The notes beneath the pieces are model-generated. The model saw only the letters and a program-made list of their open reading frames with translations, was not told where the DNA came from and ran no database searches. From an uncultured Candidatus Binatia bacterium (GTDB taxonomy: Bacteria; Desulfobacterota; Binatia; Bin18), in contig CBDDQA010000003.1 in the NCBI GenBank assembly GCA_965232605.1, forward strand, positions 337,618 through 401,617: a DNA stretch of 64,000 bases, written 5' to 3'. This document shows positions 29,917 through 40,117 of this stretch, in pieces (within the stretch, counting starts at the first letter, position 1; each line of letters begins with the position of its first letter). Made by a program: the position numbers and the translations under genes.

Positions 29917-29958
29917 GCTCCTCCCTTATAGCCTTCGTACATTAAAACCTTGGCCTTG

Positions 29959-30099
29959 AGTCGTCTACCTCTTCCGGTGTCGATTGAAGGCCAGCCTCGA
30001 CACCGAGATGTTCAAACAGTTTATGGATAACCAGAGCTTCAAGCGCTGGCTGACCGATACGGTGTTCGGGCTTGCCCACGAGCAGGCCGGCGTGGGGTG
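29959..30099 (+). pseudogene. C-terminal remnant of type I restriction enzyme R subunit (HsdR)
   Basis: Translation ...ASLDTEMFKQFMDNQSFKRWLTDTVFGLAHEQAGVG* resembles conserved HsdR C-terminal helix (F.Q.MDN..F.RWL.D.VF); no upstream body. Confidence 0.4.
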
Positions 30100-30120
30100 A
30101 GACGCTCGGCGGGGCGGGTA

Positions 30121-30158
30121 CGACCTGTAGGGGCGACGCATACGTCGCCCCTACAGGT
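30121..30158 (+). terminator. perfect 17-bp stem / 4-nt loop hairpin followed by GCAAACGGTTTT
   Basis: GACCTGTAGGGGCGACG-CATA-CGTCGCCCCTACAGGTC; intrinsic-terminator-like for + strand or repeat element. Confidence 0.4.
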
Positions 30159-30204
30159 CGCAAACGGTTTTCCGGGACTATCCAATGCAAAATGGCGTTG
30201 CTAG

Positions 30205-31073
30205 GGTGTGTCATCAGTTAAGGAGGATGACCGAGGCGGCGAGATAGATCGCGCCCAGAAAGCTAACGGCGCGTTTGTCATAGCGCGTGGCAAGCGCCCG
30301 ATATTGTTTGAGTTTGGCGAAGAAGTTTTCAATCAAATGACGCGCTTGATAGAGGTGCGTATCATAGGCGCGGGGCTGGGTCCGATTGGCCTTGGGGGGA
30401 ATCACAATCGTCACCCCCGCCTGCTCTAACAGGTCTAGGACGCGCGCTTGAGCCTCATAGGCGCGATCCGCCAGCACGGCCTGGACGTGCGGCACTAAGT
30501 CCGGGAGCAGCGCATCCGCCCCGGCGAGGTCCGAGGCGTGGCCGGGCGTGAGATGGAAGCTGGTCGGATTGCCCAAGGCATCACAGGTCGCATGGAGCTT
30601 GGTACTCAAGCCCCCGCGCGAGCGCCCGAGGCATTCCGTCCTTTGGTCCCCCCTTTTGCCCCGGCCGCATGTTGATGCGCCCGGATGATCGTGGCGTCAA
30701 TCATAGCGTATTCGTTGTCAGCGTCAGCCGCGAGGTGCTCGAACACCCGCGCCCACACCCCACTCCGACTCCAGCGCATATGCCGGGTATGAATCACCCG
30801 AAAATCCCCAAACCGCGCCGGCAGGTCCCGCCAGGGAATGCCCGCCCGATAGCGGTATAAGACCGCTTCCACAAACAACCGGTTATCCTGCGCCGTGCCC
30901 CCCACATGCCCCGCCCGGCCCGGCAGCAACGCCTCAATCCGCTCCCACTGGTCCTCCCGCAGAGCATACCGTCTCGCCATTGTCGCTCCTCTCTCCTCTC
31001 GTGCTGACCAAGGAAGTATACCGCAGCGAGACTGGAAAGCCGACCAGAGATGCGTACTAACTGATGACACGCC
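30205..31073 (-). mobile_element. IS5-family insertion sequence, copy 2 (869 bp, inverted relative to copy 1), perfect 4-bp TSD CTAG (30201-30204 / 31074-31077)
   Basis: Same terminal repeats as copy 1; OrfA/OrfB ~88%/~85% aa identical to copy 1 by visual alignment. Confidence 0.85.
30214..30980 (-). CDS. IS5-family transposase OrfAB (orfA comp 30606..30980, orfB comp 30214..30609)
   Basis: MARRYALREDQWERIEALLPGRAGH... and MSTKLHATCDALGNPTSFHL...KLKQYRALATRYDKRAVSFLGAIYLAASVILLN. Confidence 0.85.
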
Positions 31074-31104
31074 CTAGGATACATGACAAAGGGGAGACCC
31101 CGCC

Positions 31105-32175
31105 ATGATGGAAATTGGTATTTTCCTGCCCATCGCCAAGGGCGGTTTTATCATTTCACGCAATATACCGCCCACTTGGCCCACGTGGGAACTGAACCGG
31201 GACGTCACCTTGAAATGTGAAGCGCTGGGATTCGAGTTTGCCCTATCTATGGTGAAATTCCGAGGCTTTGGTGGGGAGACGAAATATTGGGACTATGCCC
31301 TTGATTCCTTTATCTTAACCGCGTCATTGGCTCCGGTGACCAAGACCATCCATCTGTTCCCTTCGGTCACCACTCTGTCCATTCATCCAGCGGTGGCGGC
31401 CCGTATGGCCACGACCATCGAAGCCGTCTGCCCAGGCCGTTTCGGGCTCAATATCGTTTCCGGTTGGTATAAGGATGAGTTCAATCAAATGGGCTTGTGG
31501 CCGGGCGACGAACATTACGAAACCCGCTACGACTATGCGACCGAGTATGTCACGATCCTGACGGATCTCTGGGACACCGGCAGGAGCAATTTCAAGGGTA
31601 CATACTTCACCATGAACGACGCCCAGATCAAGCCGGTGCCGTCAAGGCGCATTCCCCTGGTGTGTGCCGGTCAGTCGGAGCGCGGCATTCGCTACACCGC
31701 CGAAATGGGTGACCGGAATTTTGTCATCGCCGGCGGCAACACTCACGACATCGAAGCGGACATCAAAACGTTCAGCGCCATCACGTCAAAGCTTCAGGAC
31801 CACGCCGGAAAGCTTGACCGTGACGTGGGCACCATTGCCCTGTTCAATGTCTTCGCCGCGGAAACAGACGCGGAGGCGGAAAAGCGTTTCGAGCATATCG
31901 TCGCCGGCGCCGATGAGGTGGCCATCGCCAACCTTGTCGGCCAAGCGGAATTGGACAAGTCCGAAGGCATGTCCGAGAGCCTGAAACGTAAATCCATGTT
32001 CATGGGCTTGCCGACCTTGGTGGGCTCTTACCGGAAAGTGGCCTCTTACCTGGACAGGATCTACGATGAAGCCGAAGTGGCTGCCTGTATGTTCGCCTTT
32101 CCCGACTTTGAGCACGACATCGATACATTTGGCGAACACATCCTGCCAAGACTGGAGTCCCGCAGGGCCGAGTAG
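31105..32175 (+). CDS. luciferase-like monooxygenase (LLM) family protein
   Basis: 356 aa; MMEIGIFLPIAKGGFIISRN... TIM-barrel LLM; starts 28 bp from IS copy 2 end. Confidence 0.8.
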   Translation: MMEIGIFLPIAKGGFIISRNIPPTWPTWELNRDVTLKCEALGFEFALSMVKFRGFGGETKYWDYALDSFILTASLAPVTKTIHLFPSVTTLSIHPAVAARMATTIEAVCPGRFGLNIVSGWYKDEFNQMGLWPGDEHYETRYDYATEYVTILTDLWDTGRSNFKGTYFTMNDAQIKPVPSRRIPLVCAGQSERGIRYTAEMGDRNFVIAGGNTHDIEADIKTFSAITSKLQDHAGKLDRDVGTIALFNVFAAETDAEAEKRFEHIVAGADEVAIANLVGQAELDKSEGMSESLKRKSMFMGLPTLVGSYRKVASYLDRIYDEAEVAACMFAFPDFEHDIDTFGEHILPRLESRRAE

Positions 32176-32252
32176 GCTCTATATTTGAGGCATTCCCAGA
32201 GTCAGTGCTAGGCGGTGCTCCGAGCGCCCATAATGAAAAGAAGCTATAGGAC

Positions 32253-32276
32253 ACACGTCTCCTCGAAGAGACGTGT
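32253..32276 (-). terminator. ssrA terminator hairpin (ACACGTCTC-ctcgaa-GAGACGTGT) followed on the minus strand by a U-rich tract
   Basis: 9-bp perfect stem 15 nt past tmRNA 3' end; minus-strand RNA continues CCUAUAGCUUCUUUUCAUU. Confidence 0.45.
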
Positions 32277-32290
32277 ACTGTCCTGAAGAA

Positions 32291-32645
32291 TGGTGGAGGC
32301 GGCGGGAATCGAACCCGCGTCCGAAAGTAGTCCACTCAAGGCATCTACAATGCGTAGCTCGTATTTTGATCTCATCCTCGGGCCTCCTACGAGCAGGATG
32401 CCCTCAGACCAGCCAAAGTAGAGTTTCGGGCGCGCACCCTTCGGCACGATGCAAACCCTATCCCGATTTGTGTCGCCTTAGCCGACCCTACGGGCGCGGA
32501 TCGGTAAGACGCAAGCTGCTCTAGGCAGCAAGAGCGTAGTCAAAATCGTCTGCAGTTAAATTGCAGCCTGTCCGTTTTACGGGCGGGACAGAACCCCGGC
32601 ATGCAGCCTTGGCTTTCTAGCCCCCGTCGAAACCAGATCGCCCCC
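32291..32645 (-). ncRNA. ssrA: tmRNA (SsrA), tag peptide reading frame A-DDFDYALAA-stop
   Basis: 5' end GGGGGCGAUCUGGUUUCGACGGGGG, 3' tRNA-like end GGACGCGGGUUCGAUUCCCGCCGCCUCCACCA; internal GCAGACGATTTTGACTACGCTCTTGCTGCCTAG; adjacent smpB. Confidence 0.8.
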
Positions 32646-32696
32646 TTATCGCAGTTATGTCTCTCACACAGGGAAAAGACCGGGAGACATACCCCC

Positions 32697-33167
32697 CTAG
32701 CCTGTTCGTCTGTGCATGGCACGTTGAACATCGCGCTTCATCTCGCGTTCGCGAATGGCAGCACGCTTGTCATACGTCCGTTTACCCTTGGCCAGAGCCA
32801 ACTCAACCTTGACCCGGCCTTCCTTAAAGTACAGCCGTAGAGGAACCAGGGTCAATCCCTGCTCTTGTGTTTTGCCCATCAGGCGCAGGATTTCTCTTTT
32901 GTGCAGCAGGAGCTTGCGCCGGCGGTTGGGATCACCGTTGAAATAATGGGCCGGTTTGTAGTCGCTGATATGCGCGTTCAATAAAAACGCCTCGCCCTTG
33001 TCGATCCGGCCATAGCTGTCCTTGAGGTTGGCCCGACCGTCCCGGAGCGATTTGACCTCTCCGCCGTTCAACACAATCCCGGCCTCGATGGTTTCGTTGA
33101 TGATATAGTCGTGCCGTGCCTTGCGATTGACGCAGATCGCTCTCTGGGCGGACTTCTCTTTGGCCAT
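32697..33167 (-). CDS. smpB: SsrA-binding protein SmpB
   Basis: MAKEKSAQRAICVNRKARHDYIINETIEAGIVLNGGEVKSLRDGRANLKDSY...; ATG at 33167 preferred over GTG 33173. Confidence 0.85.
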   Translation of the reverse strand: MAKEKSAQRAICVNRKARHDYIINETIEAGIVLNGGEVKSLRDGRANLKDSYGRIDKGEAFLLNAHISDYKPAHYFNGDPNRRRKLLLHKREILRLMGKTQEQGLTLVPLRLYFKEGRVKVELALAKGKRTYDKRAAIREREMKRDVQRAMHRRTG

Positions 33168-33182
33168 GTTCACGCTCTGCGA

Positions 33183-34025
33183 CTAGTGTAGTACACGGTT
33201 ATCAATCAGCCGGACATCGCCGACCCAGACCGCGATAGCCAACAAGGTGGGACCGGATATCTGCTCCACCTCTTCGAGCGTTTCAGGCTGGCACAGAGAG
33301 GTGTACTCAACCCGCACCTCGGCGTTTTGGGTTAATATCTGCCGCACGGCCTGAAGAATCGCGGCCGAGGAGGTCTGGCCGCCGGAGACCAGTTCCTGGG
33401 CAGCCGTGAGTGCGCGCGCCACGCACCGGCTCGTCTCTCGTTCGGCCGCGCTCAGCCGGGCATTCCGGGAACTCATGGCCAGGCCATCGTCTTCGCGCAC
33501 TGTCGGCAGGGTGACGATATCGATGTCAAAGTTCAGGTCCTGGACCATGCGCTTGATGACCACACACTGCTGAAAGTCCTTTTCGCCAAACAGGGCGCAG
33601 TGCGGCTTGACCATATTGAACAGCTTGGCCACCACCGTTGTCACCCCTCGAAAATGGCCGGGGCGAAAGGCCCCGCACAAGGGCTGGCTGACTTTCTCGA
33701 CCTCAACCGCGCTCTGGTAGCCATTGGGATAGATTTCAGCCGGCGGCGGCATGAACAGCACGTCGGTACCCAGTGCCTCCAGGGCGCGTTCGTCCTGGGC
33801 CTCGTCACGCGGGTATGTATCGAAGTCGGACGTCTGATTGAACTGCATGGGGTTGACGAAAATGGAGACCACGACCACATCGCCTCGATTCTTCGCCTCA
33901 CGCACCAGGCTGAGATGGCCTTCGTGCAGAAACCCCATGGTGGGGACAAAGGCCACGGTCTTACGCTCCAGGCGTCGGTCTTCCGACCAGCGCTGCATCT
34001 CTCGAACGGTCTGGATAATCTGCAC
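33183..34025 (-). CDS. panC: pantoate--beta-alanine ligase
   Basis: VAFVPTMGFLHEGHLSLV...SIFVNPMQF motifs. Confidence 0.9.
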   Translation of the reverse strand: MQIIQTVREMQRWSEDRRLERKTVAFVPTMGFLHEGHLSLVREAKNRGDVVVVSIFVNPMQFNQTSDFDTYPRDEAQDERALEALGTDVLFMPPPAEIYPNGYQSAVEVEKVSQPLCGAFRPGHFRGVTTVVAKLFNMVKPHCALFGEKDFQQCVVIKRMVQDLNFDIDIVTLPTVREDDGLAMSSRNARLSAAERETSRCVARALTAAQELVSGGQTSSAAILQAVRQILTQNAEVRVEYTSLCQPETLEEVEQISGPTLLAIAVWVGDVRLIDNRVLH

Positions 34026-34045
34026 GTGAAGTTTCCCGAAAGGCT

Positions 34046-34864
34046 CTAATGGAACGAGTGCTCATCCTGGGGGAAGGCCTGCTCCCGCACCTCGCTGATA
34101 TAGGCATGCACCGCGTCGGCCACCACCTGTTCCAGATTGGCGTAGCGTTTAACAAATTTGGGCGTGAAATCACCGGACATGCCCAGCAGGTCATGCATCA
34201 CCAGAATCTGGCCGTCACAGTGCGGACCGGCACCAATCCCAATGGTAGGAATCGGCAGCATGTCCGTTATCTCGGCGGCCAAATCCAGTGGGACGCCCTC
34301 CAGGACCACGGCAAAAGCGCCGGCGTTGGTGACGGCTTCGGCGTCTTCGATGAGCCGTTCCCGCGCGCCGGGCTGGCGGCCCGATTTCTTGCCCTGGACC
34401 TTATAGCCGCCCATGCGATGCACCGACTGTGGCGTCAGGCCAATATGGCCCATCACGGGAATATCCACATTCACGATGGCCTTGATGACCCGGGCGATGT
34501 TGACCCCGCCCTCCAGTTTGACGGCCTCGGCTCCGCCTTCCTTGAGGAGGCGTCCGGCATTGGCAATCGCCTCACAAATGCCGGCCTGGTAGGAGAGAAA
34601 CGGCATATCACCCACAATGAGGGCACGCGGGCGCGCCCGGTTGACCAGCCTGAGGTGGTAGACCATATCGTCCATCGTGACCGGCAGGGTCGTATCCGCC
34701 CCCTGTACGGTCGTGCCCAGCGAGTCGCCAACCAAGAGAAAATCTATGCCACACTCGTCCAGGATGCGGGCAAACGGGTAGTCGTAGGCGGTGAGGGCCG
34801 TGATCTTCTGCCCGGACGCCTTCAGCCGTTGCAGTTCAGGAGCCGAAATTTTTGCGGATTGCAT
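34046..34864 (-). CDS. panB: 3-methyl-2-oxobutanoate hydroxymethyltransferase
   Basis: ITALTAYDYPFARILDECGIDFLLVGDSLG...; GAAGGAGGG RBS before internal ATG 34864 (track ORF extends to 35017). Confidence 0.9.
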   Translation of the reverse strand: MQSAKISAPELQRLKASGQKITALTAYDYPFARILDECGIDFLLVGDSLGTTVQGADTTLPVTMDDMVYHLRLVNRARPRALIVGDMPFLSYQAGICEAIANAGRLLKEGGAEAVKLEGGVNIARVIKAIVNVDIPVMGHIGLTPQSVHRMGGYKVQGKKSGRQPGARERLIEDAEAVTNAGAFAVVLEGVPLDLAAEITDMLPIPTIGIGAGPHCDGQILVMHDLLGMSGDFTPKFVKRYANLEQVVADAVHAYISEVREQAFPQDEHSFH

Positions 34865-35214
34865 ATTGTCCCTCCTTCTACAGCTTCGCCATGGACCACA
34901 GTCGGAGGGCGTGGGGACAGGGAGGATGGTGTGAGGACTATGCGGGCTTTTGCCAGAGCGGCCCGCTGTCACTATTCCCTGCCGTATGGTTTCTGCCGTC
35001 CGTCTCGGTCCGTACAATTGGATCCAAGCGGTCTGCCGCCACTATCTTTTTGCCCTGACAGAGCCTGTGTGGGTCGACCGGTTTGTCGCCCGGCGGCTCT
35101 CCCGTCCAGAGCAAAGCAATAGTATGGGCGTGCTGATAGCATATTTGTCCGAGGATTGTCTAGGTGTTGTGGGCCTTCCTTTCCTCGTGTCAGCCGTCTT
35201 GCTAGAGTGGGGCT

Positions 35215-36291
35215 GTGCATAACCGGCCCGCTCCAGACGATATTGGTCTCTGCCTGATGGTTGGCATTCCCCAGCCAACGCTTGATACTGAGACGCGCCG
35301 GATACTTGCTGACTTGCAGCCCGGTGGCATTATCCTCTTTCAGCGGAATTATACGGACCCGGACACGCTGCGGGCCCTGTGTGCGGACATCCATGCCCTG
35401 ACCCCCGAGCACCCACCCTTGATTGCGCTTGACGCCGAAGGCGGGCGGGTCCATCGTCTCTCACCGCCGTTTACCCATTTTCCGCCCGCTTTGCAGATCG
35501 GCCGGACCGGCTCGCCGCAACTCGCCCATGCGGTTGGGGTCGCCCTTGGGCGGGAGCTGCGCAGCGTGGGCATAGATATTGACTTTGCGCCCGTACTGGA
35601 TGTGTACAGCAATCCCGCCAACACGGTTATTGGCGACCGCGCGTTTGGTGCTGACCCGCAGCGAGTGGCCGAGTTTGGCTGTGCTCTTGCCGACGGGCTG
35701 CGCGCGGCCGGCGTGCTCCCGTGCGGCAAGCATTTTCCTGGGCATGGGGCGACCGTGACCGATTCGCACGACGACCTGCCCTATGACGAGCGAGACAGCG
35801 CGACCCTGGAGGCAGTTGACCTCCTCCCCTTTCAAGCCGCTATTGCCCAGAAGATCGAACTCCTGATGACCTCCCACGTTGTGTATCCCGCCCTGGACCC
35901 ACAGCAGCCCGCCTCGCTCTCCTCCGTCATTATGAACGAGCTGCTGCGAAAACGGTTCGGATTCCGGGGCGTTATTGTCTCGGACGACTTGGAGATGGGC
36001 GCTATTGTCCGGCATTCGTCGGTTGCGGCGGCCGCGGTGCAGGCGCTCAGCGCCGGAGCCGACCTCCTATTGGTCTGCCAGAGCCTGGAACATGCCCTCG
36101 GCGCTCGGGATGCGTGTCGGCAAGCACTCGAACAAGGCGTTTTGACTGTGGAGCGGGTGGCCGAAGCGCAGCGACGTGTCGAGCGGCTGAGGCGCCGCCT
36201 TGCCGACCGGCCCCCCCTCCCACTGCCCGCCATCGGCGCGCCGGAACACACCAGGCTAGTCAGTACGATCGTGCGGCAGACCCGTGACTGA
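35215..36291 (+). CDS. nagZ: glycoside hydrolase family 3 beta-N-acetylhexosaminidase (NagZ-like)
   Basis: 358 aa, GH3 N-terminal domain (KHFPGHGATVTDSHDDLP...). Confidence 0.75.
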   Translation: MHNRPAPDDIGLCLMVGIPQPTLDTETRRILADLQPGGIILFQRNYTDPDTLRALCADIHALTPEHPPLIALDAEGGRVHRLSPPFTHFPPALQIGRTGSPQLAHAVGVALGRELRSVGIDIDFAPVLDVYSNPANTVIGDRAFGADPQRVAEFGCALADGLRAAGVLPCGKHFPGHGATVTDSHDDLPYDERDSATLEAVDLLPFQAAIAQKIELLMTSHVVYPALDPQQPASLSSVIMNELLRKRFGFRGVIVSDDLEMGAIVRHSSVAAAAVQALSAGADLLLVCQSLEHALGARDACRQALEQGVLTVERVAEAQRRVERLRRRLADRPPLPLPAIGAPEHTRLVSTIVRQTRD

Positions 36292-36300
36292 ACGGAAACA

Positions 36301-37545
36301 CTACACGATGAAATCCAGATAGTTCCCCTGGTGCACGACCTGGAACGCGCTGCCGGGATAGGCGTGGCGCCAACCGCGCGGCACGCGGGCGGCGGCTCGG
36401 GGGGACCACTTTATTGCGGCTGCGCGCAAACGCCCGCCCCACTCTTCGATCAGGTCTATCTCCTGCTGGTCGTAGGTGCGCCAGAAATAGCTTTCAGCCA
36501 AGTGCCCCGTGTACAGATTGTATTTCAGCCGCTCGGCCAGAATGTAGTTCTCCCACAAGGCGCCGGCGTCGTCGCGCAGTGACAGGACATTGAAGTTGCT
36601 GATCAGCCCGTTCCTGATGCCGTTGTCGTAAAAATAGTATCGCCGACTCTTGGTGATTTCCTTCCGCAGATTCCGGCTGAAACCACGCCGGCCGTAGATG
36701 ACGTAGGCATTTTCCAGCAGGTCCAGATAGCGGTCTACCGTATTCTTGTTCATACCGAGTTGCGCTCCCAACTCCGTCACCGAAACCTCGCGGCCAATCT
36801 GGAATGCGACCAACTGGAGCAGACGCAGTAATTTGTCAGTATGCCGGATGCCTTCTAACTGAAGGATATCCTTGAACAGGTAGGCAGCGACGAGTTCCTT
36901 GAGATAGAGTTCACGCTCTTCGTTCGATTCCATCAGGATGACTTCCGGGTAGGAGCCATAGATCAGACGCATTTCGAGATGAGCCGCTGTCTCATGGGCG
37001 CTTTCCACTGCGCGCAGTTCCAGTTGTGCGAGGGGCAAGAGCAGCAGCGTGGTTTTCCGGCCCGTCAGGGGCTCGCCGGTCTGCTGGGCAAGATCAAAGG
37101 AAGACGAGCCTGTTGCGATGATGCGCAGCCCCTCAACGTGGTCGGCCAACAACTTCAAGTTCAAGCCGACCTGCCGCACGTATTGGGCTTCATCCACGAT
37201 CAGCGTCTGCCGCCCTCCGACAAACGCCTTCAGCTTGGCCAGCGACTGGCTCTCCAGGTATGCGCGCACAGCGATGTCTTCACCCGGTCACTACGAGGGC
37301 ATCCCGGTCGTGCTGCAGACCGAGGATCAGGAGGCCGCGCGCACGGCCGGTCTGCCCGCCGGCTATTCAGTGGCCGCTGAACGATAGACAACAGGATTAG
37401 CGGTAAAGAGTGTTTCGGACGGGTCGGGGGGATTCACCCAGTAATCATAGAGCGCCGCAGTCATGTTTATGATCTCCAGCTTCCCTGTGCCTCTAATGTC
37501 ATCGCGGGCAAAGCGCCAGAGAATCCAGGCTCTCGGCCTCTCCAC
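36301..37545 (-). pseudogene. degraded AAA+ ATPase (AAA_14 + DUF4143 family) lacking P-loop; N-terminal fragment in different frame
   Basis: ORF 36301..37269 starts at Walker-B-like QTLIVDEAQ with no Walker A; upstream 60-aa ORF 37363..37545 and in-frame stop at 37285 indicate deletion/frameshift. Confidence 0.45.
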
Positions 37546-37653
37546 CCTCTGGATGCCGGATCAAAGCCTGCCCCGGACATGATCCGGGGTCCGGCATGAC
37601 GAAGGCTACAATGTATCGTAAGCCACTCTAGTGAACGTGAGCGGCTCTAGGTC

Positions 37654-38700
37654 TCACCGTTTTCTTTTGACCAATTTCGGCAACGCCTGCGCATACGGAC
37701 CGCGGGCGACCCCCCTTTCGGTGATGATCGCACTGACCAGGCGATGGGGGGTGACATCAAACGCCGGATGCGCAACCGCGATTTCGCTGGGGGCAATCTG
37801 CTGGCGCAGCACATGGGTGACTTCCCGGGCGGACCGCTCTTCAATCGGAATCTTCTCGCCCGAGGGACAATCCAGGTCAATCGACGTGGTTGGGGCGGCC
37901 ACATAGAACGGCACCTTGTGGCGTCCGGCCAGCACCGCAGACGTGTACGTTCCGATCTTATTGGCCACGTCTCCATTGGCCGCGGTGCGGTCTGTGCCGA
38001 CAATCACGCAATCAATCGCGCCCTGCTGCATGAAATGGCCGATCATATTGTCGGTAATCAGGGTCGCGGGAATCCCCTCGCGCACGAGTTCCCAGGCGGT
38101 TAAACGCGCGCCCTGTAAATATGGCCGGGTCTCCGGCACAAAGACGGAGATATTCTTGCCCTGCTCCCAGGCGGCCCGGATCACCCCCAAGGCGGTTCCA
38201 TACCCGGCCGTGGCCAGTGCCCCGGCGTTACAATGGGTTAAAACCGCCGCCCCTTGAGGAATCAATTGGGCGCCGTGGCGACCTATGCGTCGATTGGCGG
38301 CCAGGTCTTCCTGATAGATTTTCAAGGCTTCCTGCTCCAGGGCGGCAATCAGCGCGTCACGGCCTTTGGCCCGTACTTTCTCATACCGGCGTTGCATGCG
38401 GTCAATGGCCCAAAAGAGGTTGACCGCGGTCGGTCGGGTGGCGGCAAAGATCTGACAGATGCGCGCAAACACGTCGGGCTGTCCACTCCGTTTGAGCTGT
38501 CGCACGCCAAGCGCGATCCCCATGGCCGCGGCAACCCCAATCGCCGGAGCCCCGCGAATCACCATATCGGTAATGGCGCGCGCGACGCGGCGGTAATCCG
38601 TGTAGGTACGATAAACTTCCCGGGTGGGTAAAGCGCGCTGATCGATCATCACCACCGCCCCATCCCGCCAGTCTATGGTAAAAAACGAATCAGGCTTCAT
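37654..38700 (-). CDS. mtnA: S-methyl-5-thioribose-1-phosphate isomerase (eIF-2B alpha/beta/delta family)
   Basis: [19 protein letters not shown]...[15 protein letters not shown]... Confidence 0.8.
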   Translation of the reverse strand: MKPDSFFTIDWRDGAVVMIDQRALPTREVYRTYTDYRRVARAITDMVIRGAPAIGVAAAMGIALGVRQLKRSGQPDVFARICQIFAATRPTAVNLFWAIDRMQRRYEKVRAKGRDALIAALEQEALKIYQEDLAANRRIGRHGAQLIPQGAAVLTHCNAGALATAGYGTALGVIRAAWEQGKNISVFVPETRPYLQGARLTAWELVREGIPATLITDNMIGHFMQQGAIDCVIVGTDRTAANGDVANKIGTYTSAVLAGRHKVPFYVAAPTTSIDLDCPSGEKIPIEERSAREVTHVLRQQIAPSEIAVAHPAFDVTPHRLVSAIITERGVARGPYAQALPKLVKRKR

Positions 38701-39341
38701 GCCTTCCTTTCGCCTTCTCTTCCTGTTCCGCGGTATGACGATTCGGAACCTGCCTCAATGAGCTCAACTCCGTCGTGCGGCGTCCAGACCGCCACCACCG
38801 TGTCGTCTTCCGCTCTTTTGAGCGTCACCCTTTCTATCCCAACTCCCGGCTCAAAGACGTCCAGGTCCTGGCTGTTCTTCTGCCAGGTCGTCGCCACCAG
38901 TTCGACGACGGTGGAGCGCTGTTCGAGTGTCAGGTCGGTCCATTTTTGAGAAACGGAGACGGACACCGAGCGCCCGGCGTCGCTGGCCTCCATGCCGTAG
39001 TACACATCCGCCCAGAGGCTTTCGGAGAGCTGGGTGTCGGTGCGGTAGACACAGGTCCAAAAGGCCGGGCTGATATTGGCAGGCAGGTCAGCCGGGGGCT
39101 GCGGCTCTTCCTGTGATATCGAGTCTTCGGGTGGTGGTTCTGGCGGCTGCTCCTCGTCCGCCGAGCGAAAAACAATAAAAAGGCCGATCAGCACCAGGAC
39201 AAAGGTGGTCGGTATTTTCCGCAGCATGGCACCAATGGCACCCAGCAGGGTCCGGGGCGGGGGTTTCTTGGCGGCCTGCTTAGACGTAGGTGATCGAGAG
39301 TCTCTGGCCATGCGTACAATATCACAGGCTGAGCGCGGCAA
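38697..39341 (-). CDS. hypothetical membrane-anchored protein
   Basis: Basic N-terminus, one TM ([14 protein letters not shown]), Pro/Glu-rich linker; ATGA overlap with mtnA. Confidence 0.45.
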   Translation of the reverse strand: MPRSACDIVRMARDSRSPTSKQAAKKPPPRTLLGAIGAMLRKIPTTFVLVLIGLFIVFRSADEEQPPEPPPEDSISQEEPQPPADLPANISPAFWTCVYRTDTQLSESLWADVYYGMEASDAGRSVSVSVSQKWTDLTLEQRSTVVELVATTWQKNSQDLDVFEPGVGIERVTLKRAEDDTVVAVWTPHDGVELIEAGSESSYRGTGREGERKA

Positions 39342-39536
39342 ATTCTGAAATGAGGCCAGGAGGCGTGGGAGACGGAGGCAACGGACTAGTCATGGGCCAG
39401 AGTTATAGCACAGGGCCGGCCTGTTGCAGAAGACCAACACGCTCTGGCCTTGACGCGCCGTTGGGACATGGCTACAGGTGGCCCACCGCGCCTTGTCCGC
39501 CCCGATCCGGCGCGCATCCCAGAAAGGAGCACAGCT

Positions 39537-40070
39537 ATGGAACGCCTTCACCCCGGAGATCCTTTTCCCGCCATCAGCGGTCCGAGCGTCGGCGGCGGGA
39601 CGGTTAATCTGCCGGCCGACATCTCGACCCCGTACGCTATCGTCCTGACCTATCGGGCTCACTGGTGACCGTTCTGCGATCAGCAGTTGGCTGATTATCA
39701 GGCCCATCTTGAGCAGGCCCAGGCAACCGGGATCTCGGTGTATGCCATCTCAACCGACCCGCTCGACAAGGCCCAGCAGACAGTCGATAAGTCGGGGCTG
39801 ACGTTTCCCGTCATCTACGGCGTGGACGGCCCGGCCACGGCCGCGACCCTGACCTGCTGGTACGAGGAGAAGCGCAATATCATCCAACCGGCGGCGTTTA
39901 TCATCGACCCTGCACGTAATATCCTGAACGTGACCTATACCTCGGGGCCAATCGGGCGCCTCCAGATAAAAGACGCCCTGGGGCTGGTCGGTTTTTACGC
40001 CTCAAAGAAGATTTCGGCCACAACGGTCGATAAAGACAAAGGCTGGACAGCAAATGTGACCGGAGCCTGA
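39537..40070 (+). CDS. thioredoxin-fold redoxin/peroxiredoxin-like selenoprotein, motif W-U-P-F-C; in-frame TGA 39666..39668 read as Sec
   Basis: ORFs 39450..39668 and 39687..40070 share one frame separated only by TGA; AGGAG RBS 8 nt before ATG 39537; joined product ...YAIVLTYRAHW-U-PFCDQQLADYQAHLEQAQATGISVYAISTD... matches redoxin CxxC position. Confidence 0.65.
39678..39696 (+). promoter_or_regulatory. SECIS-like hairpin 9 nt after UGA (GAUCAGC-AGUUG-GCUGAUU)
   Basis: 7-bp stem (one G-U), 5-nt loop with GUU. Confidence 0.45.
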
Positions 40071-40117
40071 CACGATACCGGACCGCTTGCGGCAGTGCGC
40101 GAGCGGTCCACTTACTC

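Noticed and set aside
4833-31077. Recent composite transposon formed by the two IS copies
   Set aside because: Copies differ at ~12% of OrfA residues and each has its own target duplication; outer-flank identity (CTAG) is explained by target preference
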